A stretch of DNA of 64,000 nt. It comes from Camelus ferus (Eukaryota). Positions 15,582 to 26,602 of this stretch are shown in pieces (the first letter of the stretch is position 1; the number at the start of each line of letters is the position of its first letter). The stretch covers positions 34,474,001 through 34,538,000 of the forward strand of contig NC_045697.1 of the NCBI RefSeq assembly GCF_009834535.1, read 5' to 3'. A program made the position numbers and the translations under genes. The notes under the pieces are model-generated. The model made no database searches. It saw nothing but the letters and a program-made list of their open reading frames with translations, and had not been told where the DNA came from.

Positions 15582-15894
15582 GCATCTATGAATCTTAGCT
15601 AGTTCCAAAGACTTTTCCATATAGTCATTCATTCACGAATAGTTAGTAAGTACAAACTGTGTGTCAGGCATTCTTTTAGCAATGAACAAAAACAGAGAAA
15701 AATCTCTGCCTGCATATCTCAGAGTCAGAGACAGAAAATAATCAAAATAAAGAAGTAAAATACATAGTCTGTCAAATGGTAATTAAGTTCAGCAAGGGGT
15801 CCTACAGAGTGAGGTGGCGTATTAGTTTCAAATTTGAATAAATTAGATACTCCCAGAGGATTCTGATCCAAACATTGAACCTAGTATTCTAGTA

Positions 15895-16343
15895 CAGATG
15901 GTCCCCAACTTACGATGGTTCAACTTACAATTTTTCTACTTTACGATGGCATGAAAGCAATATGCCTTCAGTAGAAACCATACTTTAAATTTTGGATTTT
16001 GATGTTTTCCTGGGCTAGTGATATGTAAGCCGCAGCTCCCAGTCAGCCCCACAATCAGAAGGGGGAACGACTGATACACTCACAACCATTCTGTACCCCA
16101 ACAACCGTTCTGTTTTCCACTCTCAGTTCAGCATTCAGTAAATTACCTGAGATACTCAACACTTTATTATAAAATAGGCTTTGTGTTAGATGGTTTTTGC
16201 CTAACTGTAGGCTGATGTACGTTTTCTGAGCATATTTAAGGTAAGTTAGGCTAAGCTGTGATGTTTGGTAGGTTAGGTGTATTAAATGCCTTTCAACTTA
16301 TGATGTTTTCAACTTATGAAGGTTGTAAGTCAAACCTGATCTG
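15895..16343 (-). mobile_element. MER47-like TcMar-Tigger non-autonomous element
   Basis: TA then CAGATGGTCCCCAACTTACGA; degenerate inverted end ...gtaagtcaaacctgatctg; internal tttattataaaataggctttgtgttagatg. Confidence 0.75.
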
Positions 16344-16809
16344 AATTGTCATTCTGGTGACAAATGGAACAACATGTAAGGGTATATGTGGGAGAGAAGT
16401 CTCCCTCTCTCATGTCAGAGTTCCTGCTGTAAAACTGGGAAAACCATCAGCCCTAAAGCTCACTGCAAAGGAAAAAGGACACACTAAGCAAAAATCATCA
16501 GGGCTGAGGGGAGAATTTCTAAGGATTTTGTGACTAATACACACTTGTTGGCTGACTTATAACAGATTACATTATAATTTATTATATAATTATATATCTT
16601 ATATAAATTATGAATAGCCATTTACCATTCAACAAATGCCCTGGCACACACAACAGAATCGGTTCAGCTCTACAAAACCACTCTTAAGAGTGAAAGAAGC
16701 CAAGGGAGATGCTGGACAGAAAAAGTCTTATCATCCAAGAGTCTTGTGAAATTATCCCTCCAGCAAAAGAAAGCACTAGAACCGTCTGAGAGCTCACCCC
16801 TCAGTGAAG

Positions 16810-16982
16810 ATGTTCTGTCTACACTGTCTAATACAGTAGCTACTGGTCACGTGTGATTGATTACTGAGCACTGGAACTATGACTAGTAAGACTGAAAAAC
16901 TGAATTTTGTATTTGATTTAATTTTACTTACTTTAAATAACCACATGTGGCCAGCAGCTACTGTATCGGAGAGCATAGCTCT
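16810..16982. mobile_element. MER3-like hAT-Charlie MITE
   Basis: ctgtctaatacagtagctactggtcacgtg...ccacatgtggccagcagctactgtatcgga with inverted termini. Confidence 0.7.
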
Positions 16983-19380
16983 AGAAATCACAGAATGTTG
17001 GCAGTGGAGAAAAACTTGAGAGCCTGTTAAATCTGAGATGGGACCAGCTCCACTTTTAAAGGCTAGAGCCAGAGATTTGAATTTGGCTTTGACACCAAAA
17101 TCCATACTCAATCCACCAAGGCCTGCCATCTACAACACCTTCTACTTTTGTGATATCTTCCATGCCCACTCTCTCGGGTAGGAAAGTCCAGACTTTCTCT
17201 GAATCAGAGCCTGAAACACAAACATATGTGTGTACACGTGTGTCCGAGTAGATTTTGTGGAACAGGTAAGTCTGAGGGTTACTTGAGTGCTTAGTGTGGA
17301 TCTAGTATTCCATACGAATCAGTATCCTTTAAACAACCAGACCCATTTTCCACTTAATCAGGCAAGAACAGGATGCATGAATGCATGCGTGTTGACAGAC
17401 TTTTTAAGGCCAAAGGGGCATGTTAAATAAACCTTTCTTCCTTGGACACTTTCAGCAAAAATCCTATATCTCAGCTATCTTGGTCCTCAGGAGCTCACAT
17501 TTCCCAGGCCGTCAAGACACTCCGAAACCTTCAGACCACAGGGTGGCTGGAGGTAAGGGAAAGAGGGAAACTGAGCAATAGGGCATCTCATTAACGGGAT
17601 GGAGATTTGAAAATACCAATTTCAGAGGAAGATGCTAACTCTGGAAATACTGAGCTACTCAGCTTCTCCCCCAATCTCCTGTTTGCCCCCAGCAGTGAAG
17701 AAGGGCAAGCGAGGGACTTGTGGGGTGATAGAACCAGAAGCACTGAAATCCAGGGGAACCATGGTGGGAAACGTGGCTCTCCCAGAACAAAACCAGAGCT
17801 GGCTTGTGGCAGAGGCACTGATGCTTGCTGTGCTGTCGGATTAAGATTTCTGCACCATCAGGAGGAAGGTTTCTGATGGGATTAGTTTTGTATCTTTTTT
17901 AAAAGTTTCACTATGCCTGGAATTATACTTGATGAGATTAATAAAGCAATTCTTATTTGTCTCTTTAACCTCCTGGAAGGTGAACTGAGTATTGTACTCC
18001 TATCCTGCAAGGAGCTGTCTGGGAAGAACTCCTTTTCCCTAAATAAAGCTTTAGGGCATTGTGAGGTTTTGAGATTTATGTGATTCCACACTCAAGTAAC
18101 TCTAAAAATAGTGAATCCTAACGCAACTCTCGGCTGTCCTGGGAAGAATTCTATGGAAAACCTGACTGCTGAGCCCAGTACTCACATATGTCTATGCAGG
18201 CAGCTAGTCTATCCTCTCAATCCCCAGAAACCTGGCTTGGGGAACTGGTTTTTAGTGTAATTTCACACAACAGAACAATTGATACAAACAAGCTGGTGAA
18301 TGTTGTGACAAAAACCGATTTTGTAACTTTTAAAAAATGCACTGTTTCTTCTCAATCTCTCCAGGTTATGCCCCAAATTAATGTTTTATGGCATGTTTAA
18401 TTTCAACACTTTCAGCTATAATGTGCGTCTTTGGAAAATGATCAGCAGTAAGTTCTGGCTTCGCTCCCTTTCTGGGAGTAGTCAGCATTCCTCTGCAGAT
18501 TTGCTTGCATCAATAAATTACTTTTAAAAGAGAGAGAGACTACAAACTACAAATGTGCACACAGAAGTTGTCGTAGTCTTACTCAAGAGTGAGTCCGTCT
18601 TTGTAGTGCATTGTTCTCAGAAGCTTCCCGCGGGAGGAAAGCTTCATTTTATGAATGGCTGGGACAGCTTCCTTGGGAATGCTCAGCCGGCCGCTTCTCT
18701 GATAAGCTCGGAGCTCGGAGCGCGCAGGGCTCGGTCAGGGAATGACAAGCAGCGCAAAAAAGCGCCTTACACTGCCATCCACCGGCCCCAAGCCGGTGGC
18801 ATCCGGAGTGGGGCGCCCGCCAAAGGAGCTGGGAGAACGTCCCAGCAGGATCCGACACACCACCACCTTCCTCCCACCCGCGCAGCCCTCCGCCCCCTAC
18901 CAAAGAGCGGGCACTGGTGCCCGGACACCGAGCAGCCGCGACCGCGCAGCAGCTAATGGATTCCTGGGCCCTCTTGACACACAAGAAGAAGGGCAGCGCA
19001 AATGAGACGTGGTCCCTGAGGGCTCAGGACCGTGAGGACCGTCCGTGGTGCTCTTCCCTACCTTTCCTCTCCCAAACCAGGGGCGACGCAGTCGCTTCAC
19101 AGGACAAGGTCCGAGCCCGCCAAAGCCGGAGCAGCTCGAACCTGCGCCCCCCGGCGGCCGGCGCCAGGTGTGCTCAGGGTGAGGGTAAGCCTCAGACACA
19201 AAGTTTGCGCGCAGGGGACGCAGGAGTTGCCAGCACCCTACAAATGGGACCGGTTCGGCAATGCCCACGCTCAAAGAGTCCGGTGATAACCGGCACCACA
19301 GGTGGCAGGGGAACCGAGCGCGGGTCGGGCTCTAGGAGAGACGGAGACCCAGGCGCGCGCCGTTGGTAAAGGAGGCTTAC

Positions 19381-19656
19381 GTCTGGGGCAGGCGAGGCTG
19401 CGCGGTCCTTCCAGATGCCGGGCGTCCGCGACGCTGGCGCCGAGAAGCCGTGGACCCCCAAGGGGCTGGTTGCGTCGGCTCCTTCTGTAGCCTCCTCAGG
19501 CACCCGGGCGCCCCCGAGTCCCCTTGACGCGTGAGGGGCGCCGGGTGGAAGAGGGACAGTGAGGACGCTTCTCCAAGGGTCGTGGCAACGCCCCTGACCA
19601 GGAGAGCTTGGTCTCCGTACCGATCCGACAACTGCTCTCAAAGAAACCCTACCCAC
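19381..19656 (-). CDS. CORIN: CORIN alternative first exon (mouse-type long cytoplasmic tail); GTG at the start position, so coding status uncertain
   Basis: Translates (V/M)GRVSLRAVVGSVRR...PLGVHGFS...PGIWKDRAASPAPD, similar to the mouse corin N-terminus as recalled (MGRVSFSVRVSSVRR...PGSWKDCFGAPPAPD). Phase-0 donor GAC|gtaagc at 19380. Confidence 0.7.
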
Positions 19657-19888
19657 GACCCTGGGAGGGTCCTGGACGCTGGGCGACCCGGATGGAGGAC
19701 CGTGCGCCCGGGAACTGGTTGCGGGATGCTGAGCGCGGGGCTGGGAAAGATGAAGCTCACCGACGGCGCGGTAAGAAGGTGGCGCGGAGGGGAGGGGAGT
19801 GCGGGGCGGGAGGGTTTGACCCTGAATTCATCTGGACTGAGAGGTCTTCCGACCTGTTTGACTGCAGAGCGCAGTTCGTGGGTCTTAC

Positions 19889-19960
19889 CCGCTCTGGGGC
19901 CCTGGCTGGGCGGTAGCGCTCTTCCGGAGCAAGGGCAGGGGGCCGTTTCGTGGAGAACAT
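19889..19960 (-). CDS. CORIN: CORIN (atrial natriuretic peptide-converting enzyme) exon 1 coding part, human-type
   Basis: MFSTKRPPALAPEERYRPARAPER matches human corin MKQSPALAPEERCRRAGSPKP as recalled. Phase-0 donor CGG|gtaaga at 19888. Position downstream of NFXL1 matches human gene order. Confidence 0.9.
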
Positions 19961-19985
19961 GTCTCCCTTTTTCCTCTGTCCACTC

Positions 19986-19991
19986 TTATCT
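19986..19991 (-). promoter_or_regulatory. GATA motif (AGATAA), proximal
   Basis: ttatct on +, about 26 nt upstream of the exon 1 ATG. CORIN is a known cardiac GATA4 target. Occupancy not demonstrable from sequence. Confidence 0.5.
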
Positions 19992-20484
19992 TGGTCGCTT
20001 TTCTCTCCTGTACGTGCCCCTGGGAGAGGCACTACAGATACCTTGCTCCTCGCTCAGGAAGAGACAAGTTGAACTTCAAGCGACAGAGGCCCCACATTTT
20101 GTCAGTTCGACAGATCCCACCCGCGGACCACTCCCTCCCCTCCCCCCGCGTCTCTGGGTCCCACCCATAAAACCCCTTAATGACAGATCCTCCGCAGCCC
20201 CACCTCTCTGCTTTCAAAGAAGTTATTTTTCTGGAGCGGACGGGAAGCCAAGCGGACTGCTAGTGCTCCAACCCGTGCCCACCCCCAAACTTAGACCCCG
20301 CGATGGCAGCACTGAAAGGATGAGACCAGAACGTGTGGGCTGTGGCAAACAGGAATTGGGAGCAAAGGAGTTACTTCTCGGCTCTCCGATATCTCACCAC
20401 ATGCTACTTTACTATCTTTTGGCGAGAAAGTCGCCAAATAAAATGAAAATAACTGTAGGCACTGGCAGTTAAAGGCCAAGTTTG

Positions 20485-20490
20485 TTATCT
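20485..20490 (-). promoter_or_regulatory. GATA motif (AGATAA), distal
   Basis: ttatct on +, about 0.5 kb upstream of exon 1. Confidence 0.4.
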
Positions 20491-22419
20491 CAACGAAAAT
20501 TTCGTTCCTAGGGCGAACATGATTTTCATTAAGCAAATGTAAATTTGCTTTCTGTTACGTGTTTAGTGAAGAAACTGCGTTTCCAAGACTGCCGGAGACT
20601 TTGCTGAGGCTGCAGGGAGCCGGGAGAACCCGAGCCCGCTTGCATGAACCTAGCAAGCGGTTTGCTGCGGAGGGCACCCACTGGGTGGACTCTGCGGGCC
20701 AGCAACTCGGGGTCTTTCTGTCATTCAGCGTCAAGGAGGGCACTGAAGGTATTTACAACGGTAAAGACTACCCAAGATAGTAGTCATAGGTTTGGCAGAA
20801 GAAAAAAAACATTGTGTTTTTCTTAGAAATTTTTTTTATCCAACTTCAGTCAAAATCTAATGACAATTTCAAAGTTGCTCATGAGGTTATCGAATAAATC
20901 TATCTCCATTATTCTGGAGGAGGCAATGCACAATTATCAAAGATATGTATCTGTTCCTTGAATATTAGAGCTGGGGGGGTGTAACTTGTAAAATTTGGGA
21001 GTGGGGATCAGTATTTTGTTTTTGAAGTGAAATGAGAAAGTAGAAAATACTGCAAGTGCATGGTACAATAACTGAAGTAGGGAGTTGAAGTAACCAGCCT
21101 GAGTTTACACAGCCAGCAAGCGCTGAGCTGGGATTCTGCAGAGGCCGTGTAATTTCAGGACTGTGTTCTTCTGAGATACTGCCCCATCACAGGTCATCAC
21201 CGCAGGGACACCAGTCTGAAAATCAGGAGTCCAGGCAATTTGCCCACTAGCTCTACCTTGAGCAAATCCCCTAGGGTTTCCAGGCCAGTGAACTTGGTCT
21301 ATAAAATAAGCATTGGAGTCAATCCTCAAAAGTTTCTACAGGCTTTCTGAAGCCACATATGAATGTGGCACTACTTCACCTCCTTTCTCTTCCACTTTCT
21401 GCCCTCTGGTGGAGGGTGCTAGAGAAACTGTGGAATTAAAGTAGCGAAATCAGTGAATTTGAGATAGCCAGAGTAGGTCAGGCTCCTCTCTTCTGGAGAA
21501 CTGTTCTTCCGAGAACTAAAGCTGACTGCATTGATAGTGTAAAAAAGCATTCTTTAAACTTCCTATTAGCAAGAAAACCCAACCAGTTCTAGTTACCAGT
21601 GGTACCTGAGTAAATACTTGAGGTATTCTTTGCATGAGGATAAACAGCTGTTTTTATATTCTTTGTAACAAACCTCTGTAATGTAAGAAATCATAAAAAA
21701 AAGAAATCATAATTTGTATATGCAGAGGTCTCACAGTAATCTTCAATGACTTATTTGAATTATTCCTTTAAAAAAAATCGCCACACTTGCTTTTCAACTT
21801 AAAGAAACAATCATCATATACTTTCTTAAAATACTTTTCATTTTATAAAAAGAAAGTTATGGCCTTTTGAAAGGCAGAGACTTTAAAATAAATAAATAAA
21901 TATTCATTTATTTATTTTAAAAATGAAGCAATTAACAGGCAAACTGAACCTGCAGCAGGGAGAGAGTTTATTTAAATTAAAAGGAGACAACAACATACCC
22001 GGAAGTGATACAGCCCAGCACACTGAAACATTCTGTGTATAAAAGTAGCCCCAGTAGATGTTCTGTTTGCCGTATTTAATTCTGGGGCATCAATCCCTTA
22101 CTCAACACACCAGAGTAGTCACTGGGAAGAAGGTAATGAGAACTGGCCCATAAACAGTTGCAGAGGAATTTTATTTCTAGCACCTTGACGTACCTAAGTG
22201 CCAGTTTCTCCCACCACCGGGATCCCATGCTGCCATTTGACTGTCCAAATCCTGCCTGGTCTTGCTAGGGATAGTACCCCCTCAAGGACCACGACCACAT
22301 GAGCAAATACTGAGGTGCCTCAGTTCACAATATTTTTTTCTGACTTGTGAATCAATTTGCAAGAGAAGTTATGACATTTAAGTCACATTATCTGTATTAT
22401 TATAGCTAAGAATTTCTAA

Positions 22420-22755
22420 GCACTGTCAGGCACTTTACAAAGTGTCATGTATATTTTCTCAGTTTTTAATTCTTAAACTTAAGTTTCTTCTGTTGTAAAA
22501 TGAGAATAGCCCCACCTCATAGGTTGTCATGGGAATTAAATAAACATATAAAGGATTTAATATAGCCACAGACACATAATCTTGGCTAACACTTATTGGA
22601 CATTTGCTATTATCTCTTCTTGTTTCTCTTTTACAGATGAGGAGGAACCTGAGTCTCACAGAAGTTAAATAATTGCCCAAGATCTCACAACTAGAAAAGG
22701 GCAGAACCCGAATTAGAGCCCAATCTGGAACTAGACTGACCTCTTAACCTCTACC
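22420..22755. mobile_element. MIR SINE fragments in both orientations
   Basis: gtaaaatgagaatagccccacctcataggttgt and ttttacagatgaggaggaacctgagtctcacagaagttaaataattgcccaagatctcacaactag, MIR core motifs. Confidence 0.75.
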
Positions 22756-22860
22756 TTCAATAGTACAATTATTAAGACAGTAATGAAAAATGCCCCCAAA
22801 GTTTACGGCCTAGAATTACTGTGAATTCATTCATTCACCCATCAAATATTTACCGAGCAC

Positions 22861-23297
22861 TGCAGTGGATTGAATAGTGTACCCTGCCAAAATTAATGTC
22901 CACCTGGAACCCAAAAATATAATCTTCCTTGTTTGGAAATAGGGTCTTTGTAGAGGTAACCAGGTAAAATTTAATTATCCTGGAATAGGGTGGGCCCTAA
23001 ATAGTGTTCTTCGAAGAGACAGAAAAAGATACACAGACATGGAAAAGAAGACCGTGTGGAGATGGAGGCGAACATCAGAGTGATGTGTCTACGAACCGAG
23101 AAGTGCCAAGGAGAGACGCCCAGCACCAGAAGCTAGGAGAGGCAGGGAGTGGTCTCTGAGTCTCCAGAAGGAACCAACCCTGCTGATACTTTGATTTTGG
23201 ACTTCTGGCCTCCTGAACTGTGAGAGGATAAATTTCTGTTGCTTCAAGCCCCTCTGTTTGTGATCATTTGTCATGGCAGCCCTAAGAAACCAATACC
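22861..23297 (+). mobile_element. MLT1 solo LTR inserted in an L2 3' fragment
   Basis: tgcagtggattgaatagtgt...gtcatggcagccctaagaaaccaatac. 5-bp TSD agcac/agcat. L2 end motif attcattcattcacc..aaatattta on the left. Confidence 0.8.
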
Positions 23298-24209
23298 AGC
23301 ATCTGCTACGTGGCTGGGGTCACAGCAGTAAACAAAACCACACCCCTGCCCGCACGGAGCTTAGCTTGCCTTCTGGTGAAGGAGACAGACAATAAACACG
23401 TGTAGAGTACAATGACACATGCTGTGCAGGGCTATGAGGAAAAATACATACGAAGCTAGAGAATGGCCAGGTGAGGGTGAGGAGGGTAGTCAGGGAATGT
23501 CTCTCTAGAGGGGTTTTAACTCAAATGAATCTGGACTGTGGAATTCCAGGCTACATGTGGGTAATTTAGCACCACTGAAATACATGCCCTCACATTAACT
23601 GGAAAGAAAACTTGACATGAACAGCAGCAGCTCAGCAAACAACGGGCCCAAACTTGCCCAACAGACCAAGATTCTGAAATACATGAAAACAGTTTCCCCG
23701 ACGGACACCCTTAAGAGTTCCTGGAAAGCAGAGGGGTTCCCAGCTCCTCTCATTGCTCCCAAATTCACTTCTCTTCTAGGAAGTAGCAACCAGTACTCTG
23801 CTTTTCCCTCCTGTGTGGCTAACTTCATACATAGACCCTAAGGTCCAAGGCTTAGGGTGGTCTAGTCACTGTCACTCAGCAAACCACATTTTTATGTCAT
23901 TGGTGGCTATTTGGTAACTTTTCCATCCCTTCTCTAATTGGCTTAGATTGAGCAAAAAGATCAACATGTACCACTTTTTTCCATCAGAACAAATTCGGGT
24001 GAATTATTTAGACAAAATTTTAATTTCATTTGACCTTAAAGAGCTTATTTATTTCCTCTGTTCTCTTGTACTCACCGCACAGCAGTCATGGCAGTACCCT
24101 CAGGCCGCTCCTTCAGGGCCGTGGGGAGCTGTGGGAACAGAGGCCTGAACCCCAGTGTGAATCCCAGCACCACCAGTACCCCCGGCCGGGCTGCCTCCCA
24201 ACTCGCCTC

Positions 24210-24830
24210 CTTCCCTGCTCTGACCCTGGCCTCCTTACAGTCTTTCCTCCACACAGCAGCTAGGAGACAGTTACCTTAAAAGAACAATAACCAACAGCTA
24301 TTCTCCACTTAAACCTTCCACTGCTGCCCACTGCAACTCAAAGAAAATCCAAAGTGCATACCCTGTCTATCAAGCACCCTGTGAACTGGCCCTAGACCCT
24401 GCCTCCCTGTCACTCATGAAGCTCCAGCCGCGCCAGCCCCCCTGTCGGTCCCGCCGCCCTTCCAAGCATCTCCCACCTCAGTGAGTTTGTGCTTGCAGCT
24501 TTCTCTCCCTCACAGACTTTTCCCTCAGATTTTCAAGTCAAGGTCACTCAGGTCACAGCTCAAATGACCCCATCTCAGAGGGACTTTCCCAAGTAAAGTA
24601 GCTAGTGCCTTTTCACCCCCCTCCTTCATCACTTTCTGTAATATTTCTCTCATTTTAATACCACTTATCATACATGAAATCATGTTCGTTTTATTGTGTA
24701 TCTATTTCCTGCCTGCTCTCCTCCACTCCTTAGCAGCTCCCCAAGAGAAAGGATCACCATCATCTCCAGTAGCTAGAAAGTTCCATCCTGCAGCAAAGGC
24801 ATCTGTTGACTGAATAAATGAATGAACGGT
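24210..24830. mobile_element. L2 LINE 3' fragment
   Basis: ctcaggtcacagctcaaatgaccccatctcagagggactttccc...tgttgactgaataaatgaatgaa, a typical L2 terminus. Confidence 0.6.
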
Positions 24831-25010
24831 TGTGTGACTTTGGGTTAATTAATTAAGCTCCGAGCTACTAGCCAGCAAAACAGCAAACTGCATAACTGTC
24901 ATTCACTCAATTGCCTTCCTCTGCTCACTAAATTCTTCTGCACAAATCAGAAAGAAAACTTAGCAAGAACAGAAGTCCAACAAGCAGACATGAACTAGGC
25001 TTCAGGTTTG

Positions 25011-25016
25011 TTTATT
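25011..25016 (-). terminator. NFXL1: Candidate distal NFXL1 polyadenylation signal (AATAAA)
   Basis: tttatt on +, with a GU/U-rich minus-strand tract downstream (tgtctgcttgttggacttctgttcttgct). Other candidates: ATTAAA 25487-25492, AATAAA 25724-25729 and 25880-25885. Confidence 0.45.
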
Positions 25017-26428
25017 AGGCCAAGACTGAAATACATTACAAGAGCTTCCCCACTTGGACACCTAAACATTCATATTCTTTAATATTCATTTTATGGTAGA
25101 GTAAGGTAAGGACTTGAGGGTAACAGCTCTAATTTAGAGCTTCTGAACTGGGCTGAAACACCAACCCAGGAACTCTAACATTGAGAAAGGTAAAAAAAGA
25201 AATCTAAAATTAAAACAAAAGTACCATAAAGAAAGGGATGACTGCCCTTCCACTTCAGACACCAGCTAATATTTAATTAAGGAGCATAACATTAAACAAA
25301 CTAAGTCAGTAAAAATTTTAAAATCCTTCTTTGTACGTCTGTTTAAAACATACTTCTACCCTTTTTAGTGCCTATCAACTACCATGTTTTACACCAAGCA
25401 TTAGAGTTTCACACATTGATAAAATTATAGGCTCCTGAATATTTTAAATAGTAAATATTCTAGTTTAAAAATTTGGTATGAAAAAATTTAATGAAAACAT
25501 TAATTATACAAAAATTAAATAGCAAAATCATTTAAAATGACTTACAATTCAAACATATTTGGCTGGCTTACTGATATTTCTCTATCAGCTTGTTTTCATA
25601 AGAACTATTTCCAGCTGGGAAAAAAAATCTATAGGATCACAGTAAGAAGAAATGAAAATAAAGTACATAAAGCTATTCATAAGCCCTGTGCTCAGTATAT
25701 ATTGCTCATAAATATTAGTTTTTTTTATTATTACTTTGAAAAAACACAAACAAGTTTTACAAAACATTCCAACTTCAGTTAAAAGCTTCCTACACAAGAA
25801 ATAGCCACATGTGAGAAATCTAGCTTGGCATTTTTTGAAAGCAATTATTTTTCCCTCTGAGGAACATACTACATAAAATTTTATTTCAATAACTGATAAA
25901 AATTCCTAATAAACCAATTTCCGGACTCTAATTATGTAGCTTTGTGTTACAATTTAAGAGGTCTTTTAGAGAATTTTTTTTTTAAAGTACGAAGTTACAT
26001 GATCAAGAAAAGTACCTATTAATAAGTAACCAAAACATTGTGAACTATTCCTCTTACTGCACATATGGCTCGGTTTCATATTAATTTTGCCAAAAAAAAA
26101 AGATGTTGGTTTAAAACAGTAAATGAACAGTTATGTTAATACAGGGAAGCACAATGAACAACTAACGTGTCAGCCTGCCACTGGCTATGCCTTACGAAAT
26201 ACGTTACAATTTCAGTCATGCTTTTACTATTAAACAAGGTTATATTGCCACTTCTAGTATGCTGATTAAGGTAAACTTTAACATCCTATCCCTCTAACAG
26301 AAACTTGTAGAGAAATACAGAGATGAATGTGAATACATATCACGTTCTATAACATTCACTTTCTAATATTCCAAATTTAACAATTTCTCTAAATCTAATC
26401 TGAGGTATAGTAACAGATCAAAAATTTT

Positions 26429-26602
26429 TTAATCCCCATCATGGGCTATGCACCACGCAAACACTAACACCACAACTGCACAGACTGGAAGGAGACAGTA
26501 TTTATATTTTTGCCATAGCGTTAGCTCAACTGCCACTTCATCTCTCTTTCTGTTCTTCTTCCGACGACCCTTCAGTCTGTTTTCAAAAGCCTCTAGTTCA
26601 GC
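26429..26602 (-). CDS. NFXL1: NFXL1 last coding exon (human exon 23 equivalent): basic stretch and C-terminal TM helix
   Basis: ttag|[57 protein letters not shown]; 174 nt. Confidence 0.95.
   Translation of the reverse strand, partial: AELEAFENRLKGRRKKNRKRDEVAVELTLWQKYKYCLLPVCAVVVLVFAWCIAHDGD

Larger units (their letters stand above)
18680..20720. promoter_or_regulatory. CORIN: CpG island / CORIN promoter
   Basis: Abrupt high GC and CpG density against an AT-rich background. Spans both CORIN first exons. GC box gcggggcggg at 19801-19810. Confidence 0.9.

Noticed and set aside
18555..19490. Cluster of overlapping 60-150 aa ORFs on both strands
   Set aside because: GC-rich, R/P/G/A-biased shadow frames with no homology I recognise, apart from the CORIN exon described.
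19531..20472. 313-aa plus-strand ORF, the longest in the track
   Set aside because: Starts at GTG, lies in a CpG island antisense to CORIN exon 1, and has no recognisable domain. Long frames are expected in GC-rich DNA.
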